Below are positions 13,266 to 23,624 of a DNA stretch of 27,331 nucleotides, one piece after another. The stretch is taken from assembly GCA_001724265.1 (NCBI GenBank), contig MEDY01000042.1, positions 310,001-337,331 of the forward strand, read 5' to 3'. The notes beneath the pieces were generated by a model. The model saw only the letters and a list, made by a program, of their open reading frames with translations. It was not told the DNA's origin and searched no databases. This stretch comes from Rhizaria sp. SCN 62-66. Its lineage: Eukaryota. The stretch's first letter is position 1. Each line of letters opens with the position of its first letter. Both the position numbers and the translations under genes were made by a program.

Positions 13266-14229
13266 GGTGTACCCACGCACTATAGTGAGTAAACAGTAGA
13301 AGTTTGATGTAGAGAACGCAAATTCAGGAGAGCGGAAGTGAGATAGAGATCGAGATGTGTTGTTGCTGCGTGAGTGAGGCTGTGGTGGTCCTGGACAAGA
13401 TACATCATGATATAGATAAAGCGTAGAGTCAATACAGCCAATGCATATAGATAAAAATCAGGGCGTTCTCCGTTAAAATGTGCATGGATAGATGCAGTGC
13501 AACGTTCTTGGCGCGCTATGGGAGATGGTATGCGTGGCAGGAGCAGAGATCCTTCAGTGTCGGATGCCAGAGACGCCAGCGCCCACAGAGCATCAGGATA
13601 AGATTTTCAGAAGCCACAAAGAGTAGATTTGCGTCAAAATAGTATCGTCTATGCGATGAAGGTGTTCGTGTTCGTATCGTCGGAGTATGGCCGAGATATA
13701 GCAGCGGATTCCTACGCCCCTTCAAGGGGCTGCTCGAACCGGTCGACCGCAGGACAGACGGACTTTTTCGGTACCGCACCCGCTTCTCCTTCACGTCACG
13801 TCGGGCCGACCAATCGTTCTGCTTCTGGTCAGACTACCACATGTTGCGCCATCAAAGCATCGTCTATGCAGATATGGTGCCTCTCACCGGGTATAAAGTG
13901 ATGGCTGCCGTACTAATGCGATATGAAACCACTCTTTTGTGGCTGTACTATCTTTTAATGCATCCGTTCGCGACTGACCTCAGACACGCTACTAAACTCT
14001 TCGTCTTTGCATTCACGGATTAACTATGGTGTATACCGACCTTTATTCGGTTCAATAATCAACTAGCCGATGGTTGATCATTGCCTTCTACAACCCACTA
14101 ATCCTAAATTTCTTACCCTGTTCATGTGCGCTCTAATTTGGCATTCGTGAAGAACTTAAGCTTCGCGTCAAACCCCGCGAGCGTCCTACTTCACTCACAC
14201 GCTGCATTGCGTCCTGCCCTCTGTCTGCA

Positions 14230-17088
14230 ATGCTTCCCACGTCTTCCGGTGGCGTCCGCGGCCTTGACGACTACCTGTTGGCGGGCTACCTGTCCAAGAA
14301 GGGCTCCATGGTGGGGCTCTGGTCGCAGCGCTACTTCGTGCTGACCGCCGACGCCGTGCTCATGTACAAGAAGGCCGCCACCGTCGACCTCTTCGCGCTG
14401 CTCCGCACCGGCCGCGACACCAGTCTCTGCCGTCTCCGCCGCATCACGCCCCTCACGCTGTACGTTTCCTGTGCCGTGTCGCCGACGGACCCGTGCGTAC
14501 TGCAGCTGCGCGACCGTGAGCGCGTGACCTTCCTCCGCGCGTCCTCGGCCTCAGACGCCGCGTTGTGGGCGCGCGCCATGTCGGCGCTTATCACCAAGGT
14601 CCAGGCCGCGGTCAAGAGCGCCACGCTCGATGATGCCGCCGCCGCGGGGCGCGCGCTCAGCTCGGGTGCCTCGGTCGCTGACGCCGTCGCCTCTGTCAGC
14701 TTCACGGGCAATCCTATTGCCGGTGCCGGTACCAACGCCAGTGTCGGTGCCAGTGGGTCGACTGCGGCGCCCACCGCTGTGCCGGGCTCTGCGTCGTCGA
14801 CGACGTCCAGTCTTAGTGCGTTCGTCAGTGATAGCAGCAGCGGCGACAAGCCTCGTTCGCCGGGCTCCGGCTTTGTCCCCTTGTCGAAGAGCCAGATGAC
14901 CTCTGCCAGCGCAAGCTTAACATCTGCCTCGCGCGCCAACGCCCACGCCGACAACGCCAGCGCTAGTGCCAGCGCGGATGCCAAGTCGACTCCGGCCAAG
15001 CAGTCCAGCGCCGCGAGTGCTGCTGCTGCTGCGGCAGCTGCGGCTGGTGGCAAGAAAGTCAAGCCGCAGGACGGTTACGTCGCCGGCTCTGTCCCGCCGC
15101 CCGCGTTGATGCTGCAGCCGCTGCAGTCGGTCCAAGTCGTGTCCGAGGACCTTTCGCAGCAGATTGTGCCGTTTTTCATCCGCCCTCTTCTCGCGCACTT
15201 CACCAAGAACAGCACGAGCAACGGCAGTCCCAATCACACCAGCGGCAGCAACGCAAGTACCAGTGCTCCTGCGGTCCCCGGCTCGAGCTCGAGCTCTGTC
15301 TCTGGCGCGAGTGGTGCTGGCGGCCGCAGCGACGCGCACAGCGCCGCCGTGCCCCGAGTGCGGACGGTGGCGAGCAGCGTGCCCCTGCGCAAGCGGGTGG
15401 CGCTGGGTTCGCTGCCGCCGCACTCGACCGTCGTGGTCACGCTGGCCGACGGCTCCATCGTGCGGCTGCTTGAGGGCGACCTCCGCGTTGGGTTCGGGGC
15501 CGATGGGGGCGTCGTCACAAAGCAGCCCAAAGCTTTGTCCTCAAGCAGCAGCAACGCCGCAAACACTAGCGATAGCCACTCCGATAGTGATGATGATGGC
15601 ACGGCAGGCTCGACGGGTAAGTCGTCCAAGGGACACTTAGTCGAGACCCTTACCCGGTACTCTAAATGGGTCCCCGCCAACGACCCGTACCGCCAGTTCA
15701 GCGTGCTCGTTCGCTGGGAGCGTTCAGTGCCCGCGCCGCGCCGTGTGTTCACCAACGTGAAGCCGCTGCTGCCAAGCATCGTCGTGCCCGTGCTGACGCT
15801 GCTGTGTGCCATCGTGTGCTCGTTCCAGGGACACGCGGTCACCACGACGACGAGCACCGCCACGACCCCCGCGTTCTCGCCTACCACGGGTTCCGGCGCC
15901 AGCACCTCCGGTACCACCGGTACTGCTGCTGCCGCTGCTGCCGCGAGTGCCGCCGCGACTGTGGTGGTCACGAGTGTCACGAGCTCCAGCAGCGGCGGCC
16001 TCGCTGCGGCGGCGCTCGTGGTGCTCGCGACCGCGCTCGCGGCGCAGGTTGTCAGCGAGAAGTCCTGGCTCGCGTCGGTGCTGGCGCACGAGTACTCCCT
16101 TTCCATCCTCGCTGTTGCCGCAAGCACCGACACGCAGCACTCAGCGCTCGCTTCCTCTTTTACCGCGACCAGCGCCAGCACCGAACAGCAGCAGCAGCAG
16201 CAGCAGCAGCAGTATAACAAGACGCGGTCCGCGCTGGAGCGCCTGGACCTGGTCGACTACCGCCAGTCGCCGCTGCCCATCGGCGGCCGCGAGCTGCGCT
16301 TCCGCGCAGGCTCCACGGTCACCACGGGTGCCACGGCAGCCGCGACCATTACCGCAGCCACGCAGGGCGCCGTCCTGGTCTCACCCCGCAGCAACCTCGC
16401 TGCCGCCGCCGCCTCCGGTGCCGCTGCCGGAAGCTCCACTGGCGCTCCTTCTGGCAGTGTGCGTGGCTACCGCACGGCGAGCGTGCTCGAGGGCCCTATC
16501 TGGCTCGACACTGTCGATTCGGCCGTGTGCGACGACGAAGGCTTCACGCGCAAGACGAACCACATGAGCACCATCGGGGTCGTGGGTACCACGGGTACTG
16601 TCACCGCGAGTGACGCAAACGACGCAGGTGCGCTGCGGCTTCGCAAGGCGACAAAGCCCTGTGCCGGCGATGGCAGCGCCAGCGCCAGCGTCAGCGCCAG
16701 CGCGAGTCGCCGTAGTAGCAAGTCGAAGACCGACGACGGCGGCCTGTCTAGCGATAGCAGCGACGACGACGACGGCGACGACACCAACACGATCACGATG
16801 CTCAAGGCGCCTGCTCCCGACGTCTTCGTCCCCACCGCGGCCGCGCCGCAGGTAAGTGGCGGGCGTGTAAGGAGCGAGTCGCGCGCTGACGAGCATGCGC
16901 GCATCGTCAAAGCAATCTCGCGCTCGCACATGCTTGACGCCACGGCCACCAGTCTGCCCCTGTCCGCGTTCACTGAGGATGACGAGGACGGCGATTCGGC
17001 GGCCGCTGCGGAGACGGATGCGACCGGAGAGTCGAGCGAAAGCGAGTGGGACGAGGAGGAGAACGAGCTCACGCCCACCGCGCAGCAC

Positions 17089-17134
<46 letters not shown>

Positions 17135-18517
17135 AGAAGCAACAGCAGCAGCAGCAGCAGTTGCAGGGCAGCAGCAGCGACTTCGGTGTCAGCAGCAGCA
17201 TGACCGTGAGCGTTAGTGCGTCTGGCAAGACCATCTACTACCCGTCGACAAACCGCGTGCTGCGACCCGAAGACGCGCCCGCGCTGTGCACGGGCAAGCT
17301 GCGCCAGACCAGCCCGGTCCACGAGGAGAGGTGGGGCGGGTGGAGTGAGCCCGAGGAAGACATCATCAAGGTAAGCAATCACGTAAAACGCATTTTTTTT
17401 CCGGCTGATATCAATGTGCTGTTTTCTGAAACTTGGGTATAATGCGATTAATATCAGAATCTATATTTAGTATCCAATTTATATCTGTATGTGTTTGATT
17501 GGTTGATATATCTCAAATATACCTTTTGCCTTGTTCGCTCGCTTTATCTCTAGGTCCGTGGCCCGAACTACCTGAAAGACAGCGTCAAGTCCCTCGCGGG
17601 CCCACACCTGTTCCGCTTGGTCCGCATGGACCAGTGGTTTCACCCCACGGAGAAGCAGGTCCACGTGTCACGCCGTGCAGACTCGTATACCCAGTGGTAC
17701 CTCAGTCAGCTTCCTGCCGCGCGCTCGCAGCCGCTGGCCGAGGGCGAGCCGGCGTACAGCATGGACCGGCCGCCGCTAATGGTGATGCACTTCATGTTCC
17801 CGCACAAGGGCTTCAGCAGCTACACGGCGTACTACGAGATGCCCAAGGCGGAGGACGGGCGCACCTACGCCAAGTGGGACAACAAGGGTACGTGTGCGAG
17901 GACAAAATCGATTATATATCGACATAATTAACCGGCATTGCACTTAGGCCGAGAAAAATGAGTGCGAAAACGAATATTGTGTTATTATTTGTTTAGTTTG
18001 CCAGACCGAAACGCCCAAATACTGTTGCTTATCTAATCATTTACTAAACACCTGTATTTCTCATTTCGTTCTTCCCTGCACAGATGCGCCAGAGCAGCCT
18101 CCTTTGGCACCGCCCACCGAGGGCACGCGCGCGCTGCTCGAGGCCTTCCTGAACGGTACGGACGAGTTCCGGCGCAACTCGCTCAAGATCATCCCACACT
18201 TGGCGGTGGGCGCGTGGCTGGTGCAGCGCGCGATCGGCTCCAAGCCGGCGATCCTGGGCACCAAGATCACCACCACGTTCCACACGGACCCGCTGGGGCG
18301 GTACTTCGAGGTGGGCGTGGATGTGCACAGCTCGACCATGGCTGGCTACGTGCTGCAGGTGCTGCGCAACGCCGCCAAGTCCATGGTGCTTGACCTGTAC
18401 TTCACGATTGAGGCCAAGAAGGCGGAGCAGTTGCCCGAGCAAATCATCGGCGGCGTGCGCCTGCATTACCTCGACCTGGACAAGACGCGCGACTGCAGCG
18501 ACGAGAGCAACGAGTAA
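14230..18517 (+). CDS. N-terminal PH domain, long low-complexity linker with two hydrophobic segments, and C-terminal EDR2_C (DUF1336) domain, about 1302 aa. Exons 14230..17370, 17554..17887, 18084..18517.
   Basis: PH signature: LAGYLSKKGSMVGLWSQRYFVLT...FLRASSASDAALWARAM. EDR2_C signature restored across the introns: WSEP....IK|VRGPNYLKDSVKSLAG..LF.LVRMDQWF ... FLNGTDEFRRNSLKIIP.LAVGAWLVQRAIGSKPAILG...YFEVGVDVHSS...LDLYFTIEA....QLPEQIIGGVRL. Introns at 17371-17553 (GTAAGC..CTAG, phase 0) and 17888-18083 (GTACGT..ACAG, phase 1). Stop is TAA at 18515-18517. Confidence 0.9.
16186..16212 (+). repeat. (CAG)9 coding microsatellite, poly-Gln
   Basis: Nine perfect CAG units in frame in exon 1 of the PH/EDR2_C gene. 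Confidence 0.95.
17092..17160 (+). repeat. (CAG)13-(AAG)3-CAA-(CAG)6 coding microsatellite, Q13K3Q7
   Basis: Read directly from the sequence, in frame in exon 1 of the PH/EDR2_C gene. Confidence 0.95.
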
Positions 18518-19000
18518 GCTCCAAGTTCTGTTGTCAGTCAATCCTGAGCTTGATGGATGCGTGATGCATGTGGGTTCGGTCCTGAAATCGGTTTAGGACG
18601 TATCGGCACGTTCTTTTATTGCTGAGTAGATGGTGTTTTGTTCAGGTTCACTGTGTGCGCTCGCTGCTGTTTCTTGGTCATCTAAACCTTCATTCTTGGA
18701 TCGCACTCTATCAGAAGCTGAGTATTTATCAGCATCAGCTCGCTATCGTTTTGTATTTGTTGTCTCGTCTTGAGATTGTGTGCATTTTGACCCAGTGTAA
18801 TAGTGTCAGTGGTTTGCTCAATCACGTGCGCATCTTGTGATTGATTTTTTTAAGTTGTTTGGTTTTGACTTTTTCATCGTACATATACTATCATGGTGTC
18901 GCCGGACAACCTGAACAGATAGGACGTTTCGCGAGTGCATAAAAGTGAATGACAGTAATCCAATACAAACGGATGGCGCTCGGAAGAGTCTGTTCAAACC

Positions 19001-19152
19001 TGTGGAAAGCGTATAGCGATTGATAAATAAGTGAGTCTATTGCGGATAAACCATTGTTGTAGGTAAACCAATGATATTAGAACACACAACACCTCATGAA
19101 GCATCAGAATGTATTATTTGCGTATGTGTGGAAAGCGTATAGCGATTGATAA
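19001..19152 (+). repeat. Perfect 26-bp direct repeat TGTGGAAAGCGTATAGCGATTGATAA, two copies (19001-19026, 19127-19152), 100-bp spacer
   Basis: Identical 26-mers in the intergenic region upstream of the kinase gene. Confidence 0.9.
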
Positions 19153-19501
19153 GCTTGACAGAAAGTCCCGCTCCCATCGCCCACATCCAGGCCGCCATTC
19201 CTACACAATTCCCCGACGTTCGACGTCTGTCATTAGTTACAGTTGCAATTTCATGGATTTTGAGCTAGCCAATCCGCGTTTGCTTTTTGCGCTGGCACAG
19301 AGTACATCCTCCGTCATTTTCAAATGAATTTTGCCACGTAGCCGATTATCACCTAATTAATTTCTCCATTGCAGTTTCATTTTTAGAACAAGGGGAACAG
19401 CTCTAAAATCTTCAAAACAACTCATATCCTCCTCCGTCCCTTGCAGGTAATCCACCAAGCAACTTGGGGCATTAAAAGAGCCACATCGCACGGTCAATAA
19501 C

Positions 19502-22500
19502 ATGGCCGATGCCGCCACACCACTGGCGCCGATAAATCCAATCATGATATCGCCCAGCTCTTCAGCTACGTCGGTGACCTCACGCAGCAGTGTGACAACT
19601 GATAATACTACGAATCACACAAGCAAAGGTACAACTCTCACTGGCTCTAACAGCAGCCTTAGCGACAGTCTACGTAATGCCGCCAACATTCCGATGTTTT
19701 CGTCCTCCTGTTTTCGCTCCGGGCGCTTGGCGGGGCACGGCGGCTTTTCACGCGTCTACCGCGCCGTTTACACGCCCGAGACCGGCGAGCCTATCACGGT
19801 TGCGCTCAAGGTGCTCAACGCGAGCGCAGACGTGCTGCAAAGCAACAAGGCCGTCATGGACGAGCTGCAGCTGCAGTACCAGCTCCGGTCGTCTTACGTC
19901 GTGCGTTGTCATGGTGTGACAGACACCAACGCTCGTGCCATCGAGAGTAGTAATGGCAACCTCAGCGACACCCGCAGCCGCAGCGGAAGCGTTGCGGACG
20001 TGGATAATAAAAGCAAGTTCGTCATCGTGATGGAATATCTCGCAGGTGGCTCGCTTGACCGACTGTTATCGCACCCTGACTACCGCACTCTATCCAGCGA
20101 AGGGCGCGCGTGGCTCGCGCAGCAAGTCATCTCCGCCGTCCATGCGTTAAGCATCGAGAAGATTGTCCACGGCGACATCAAACCCCTCAACTTTCTCTGG
20201 GACGTCGGCGCGAATTGCACGCGCCCACTAGTCAAGATCTCTGACTTTGGTACCTCAAAGCTCCAAGAGACGGTGCAGAGCCTGTCACACACACCTGCCA
20301 ATCGTACGTTTTTCTATCATAGGTTTGGCAAATATTAAACTGGACAGATATCGTCACCCTTTTAAATCTTTGTTTTCGTATTCAAGCTGATTAATTGCAC
20401 GCTGACCCTTAGCTGTATCTATGTTTGCATTCTAGATTCAAACAAGGGCACCATGTCTTGGATGGCACCGGAGCTGCTCACTGGCCGTTACCAACACAAC
20501 TCCAAGACGGACGTGTACGCACTCGCCATGACGCTGTACGAAATCGCGTTTGGTGTGAGGCCGTTTGCGAGTATCCCGCAAGACGTGATCCCGAATATCG
20601 TTGGCAGAGGCCAGCGGCCCACGCTTGACCTCGCTGACTACAACGGCGACGTCCAGCAGGAGCTGTTCCCAGGCACCATGCCGCCGCAAGCGCTTATCGC
20701 GCTGATTGGCGAGTGTTGGGACCAGGACCGCGACAAGCGGCCGGACATTGACGTTATTGTCGATCGTGTCGAAGCCATGAAGACTGATGAATGCGCTGCC
20801 CGTGCCTTCATGTTACGGCTGCTTGACAGCCGCGATCAGCTTTAGCAGTCCCAGCATCTCTCGCGACTGTCGATCAACGCCACTGGCGGCTCACTTGTTC
20901 GCTCACCAATCTCCCGCTCTAGCTCCGAGAGCCAGCCGGTTTCACCGGCACCGCGTGTCCCAGCAAGCGTGCAGCTACGCGTGCCCCCGCCCGTGCCGCC
21001 GCGGCCGTCCACGCCGATGTCCGCCGGCCTGGCGGCGAGGTCCGGTGCGGCTATCGGTCCGCAGCCCGGTGTAAGCGACCCGAGCGCTGCGCGGTTAGTG
21101 GCTGCTAACCCGTCGTCGTTGTCGTCGTCGTCGTACTCCGCGGCAGCTGGCCGCACAACGGTCTCCTCCGGTGTTACTGTCCAGTTAACGCGTGTGTCAA
21201 TTCCGCAGTCAACTGCGCAGGAAACCTAGAGAGATCTCGCCTTATCGGCGACAACATCCAAGGGACTGGCGGTGTCGCAGTCAGGTGCTTCTGGTACCTT
21301 GTCTGTTCCATCGTTTGGGGCTGTTTCGTCATCTTGCGGAGCACAGTCTCAGCCGTATCAAACGGCACCGCAATATCAGTCAATGCAGCCTGGGCAGATG
21401 ACATACCAGTATTATCCGCAGCAGCATCAACAACAGCAGTGGAACTATCAACATCAGCAGTATAATCAATCCCAGCAGTGGCAGCAGCCACAGCCCCGCC
21501 ATCAGCAGGATCACTGGCAGCAGCAGCAACAGCAACAGCAGTGGCAGCATCAGCAGCAACATCAGCAGCAGCAACAGCAGCAGCAGTGGCAGCAGCAGCA
21601 ATGGCAGCACGTGTCTAGCTCAGTGCAGTCGTCCGTAATGGTGTCCGCACCGTACGGGCCGCACAGCCAGACTTAGGATACTCAGTCGGTGCAGCAAGCG
21701 AGTGGCCCGCAGTCCCCGCATTGCCAGACTCACAGTGGACCGCAACAGCTTTCACAGCCGCACCAATGGAGTGCGGAGTCGCCAAACCACTTGCAGCAAC
21801 AAGTGCAATGTCGCATGCCAGCGCCGCAGTTGCAAGCTTCCAAGCAACAACAGAATCAGCAGCAGCAATAGCTGCTGCAAGAGGACCTAGATCGTGAGCG
21901 TGCGCAAGACAACGCTGCAGGATCCCCACATCAGCCCGCGCAGAGCGGTGCTCGTGGCCTCCCGCTAAGGCCGCCAGCGGTGTCAGCCAAAGCAATGAAG
22001 CTGTACAACGAAGGCTGGGCAATGCTGCGTGCGAGCATTTCCACCAACGTCCACGTGGCCGGATTTGAGATTATTGCGGCGGCTGCCAGTCTGGAACATC
22101 CCGACGCAATGCGCGAAATGGCACGGTCGCACACGCGGCCATACTTCGGTCGCTATGACGTCGCAGTTGCCAAGAAGTGGATGAAGAGTCTTGCCGCCAT
22201 CAGCGCAAGTGGCAGCTATGAGTACGCGCTTTGGCTCATGTCACACGAACTCGATCTTGACGACGCCGAAGATAGTCTGCGCAACGCCATTGCCGCAGAA
22301 CATCCCTTTGCTGAAGGCGCGCTTGCGGCTCTGGACGCGCTTAAGGTCGAGCTCGGGATTACCGGCCCGCTGAAGGACGCTGAGCAGGCTGAACTTGTGG
22401 CGCGCCTGCGTCTGGGTGCTAAGAGCGGAGACTCAGCAGCCACGTTTATGCTTGGCCGCGAGACGTTTTACGGCAAGTTTGGTCTCAGCACGGACGAGGA

Positions 22501-23131
22501 AACCGGCCACGCGATGATGATGCGTGCCGGCACTGCGACGGAGGGCGAGAACTTCTACGGACCCGCCGCGTCGTACTTCGGCTGGAAGGCAGACTCGCTG
22601 CCTCATCTCAAGGCTGCCGCTGAAGCCGGTCAGCCGTTCGATCAAGTCGAGTTCGGCAAGCATCTTGCGGAAACCGGCCAGCACGCCGCCGGGCTTGCGT
22701 GGCTGCACGTTGCCGCCGATGACGGCAACGCGTGGGCGCTGATCGAGCTGTCGTACGTCTTCCAAGAAGGGCTCTATGGACAGCGCAGGAGCGCAGCAGA
22801 GTCGTTTCGCTACGTGCTGCGTGCGGAAGCGACGGGCCACCCTGCGGGCCAGACCGAGCTTGCAAAGCGCTACGTTACGGGCGTAGGGGTGGGACGAGAC
22901 AGGAAGCTGGGCGCAAACAAACTGAAGGATCTTGCATCGCGCATGCACTACAAACCTGCGATGTACTGCATGGCCATTTGCTATCTTAACGGCTGGGGCG
23001 TCGACCGCAATCAAGACGCTGCCAAGACGTGGTTGCAGCTTACAAACGGTTATCCTCAGGCGTTGGCCGTACTTGCCAAACTTAAGGAAAAGTCATTTTT
23101 TGCGCGGCTTGTTGGCGACTGGTCTTGGTAA
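19502..23131 (+). CDS. TKL-like Ser/Thr protein kinase, Pro/Ser- and Gln-rich linker, and Sel1-like repeats; about 1165 aa if four in-frame TAGs are read as sense. Exons 19502..20303 and 20436..23131.
   Basis: Kinase motifs: GHGGFSRVY, VALK, IVMEYLAGGSL, VHGDIKPLN, KISDFG, GTMSWMAPEL, KTDVYA, LIGECWDQDRDKRP. A phase-1 intron at 20304-20435 (GTACGT..CTAG) joins the activation segment. ORFs 20453..20845, 20969..21229, 21272..21676, 21689..21871 and 21980..23131 are all in one frame and separated only by TAG. C-terminal Sel1-like units include AMYCMAICYLNGWGVDRNQDAAKTWL and GQTELAKRYVTGVGVGRD. Stop is TAA at 23129-23131. The domain calls are secure, but the fusion depends on TAG being sense. Confidence 0.85.
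21404..21610 (+). repeat. Degenerate CAG/CAA/CAT/TGG repeat encoding a Gln-rich tract punctuated by Trp, His and Tyr
   Basis: Translates as YQYYPQQHQQQQWNYQHQQYNQSQQWQQPQPRHQQDHWQQQQQQQQWQHQQQHQQQQQQQQWQQQQWQH in the kinase frame. Confidence 0.85.
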
Positions 23132-23624
23132 CTTACTCTCACAGAGTGGCAGCAAACAGTGTGACCGCAACGACTGGAGCATTAATCCTCGAATATTCGA
23201 CGAGTGATAGCCCGGCGGTTTCACTGCTTTATGAACGGCAGCCACAATTTTTATGCTGCATTCCACTTCTATCACCAATCCGCACCGTACGCACGCGCAC
23301 ACCTGTCACTCACACTCGCGTGATCTCAAACAGCATGTGACAGCAACGCCGCAATGTGCAGTCGAGTGACGTAATACCATCTGTCTACGCACTATTTGTG
23401 TATTTTTTACGCGTGGATAGTTCTTAAAAGCGCAAACATGTAGAAAACTGTACTCTCACACCCATCACTTTCACAACTGACTTTCTAACACATTCACGAA
23501 GACTTAAGCTGGAGCACACTTAAAGATAAGAGAGCATTACCACCATCAATATTTTTCGTGATAATACATGGACATACAACTCCCTCAATATGACATAACC
23601 CCGCGTTTCGTTCTTTGAGTTATT

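Noticed and set aside
13716-13730. GCCCC-TTCAA-GGGGC hairpin as part of a tRNA or other ncRNA
   Set aside because: Only a 5-bp stem with no cloverleaf or other supporting structure. I found no tRNA, including a CUA-anticodon tRNA, in this window.
16849-16857. Perfect consensus donor CAG|GTAAGT inside PH/EDR2_C exon 1
   Set aside because: The frame stays open, the downstream sequence is GC-rich and coding-like, and there is no nearby pyrimidine-rich acceptor. Alternative use cannot be excluded without RNA-seq.
14331-17382. Long minus-strand ORFs with poly-Cys, poly-Leu or poly-Ala (e.g. 15234..16220, 16381..17382, 16467..17234)
   Set aside because: They are antisense readings of CAG repeats and GC-rich codons in the PH/EDR2_C gene.
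19001-19152. CRISPR array
   Set aside because: Only two repeat copies, a 100-bp spacer, eukaryotic context and no cas genes.
20843-21994. Treating the kinase and Sel1 regions as two genes with an intergenic gap, or as a pseudogene
   Set aside because: The gap keeps frame for about 380 codons with only TAG interruptions and has coding-like composition. Both domains are intact with no frameshifts or TAA/TGA, which random decay would be unlikely to produce. Disfavoured rather than disproved.
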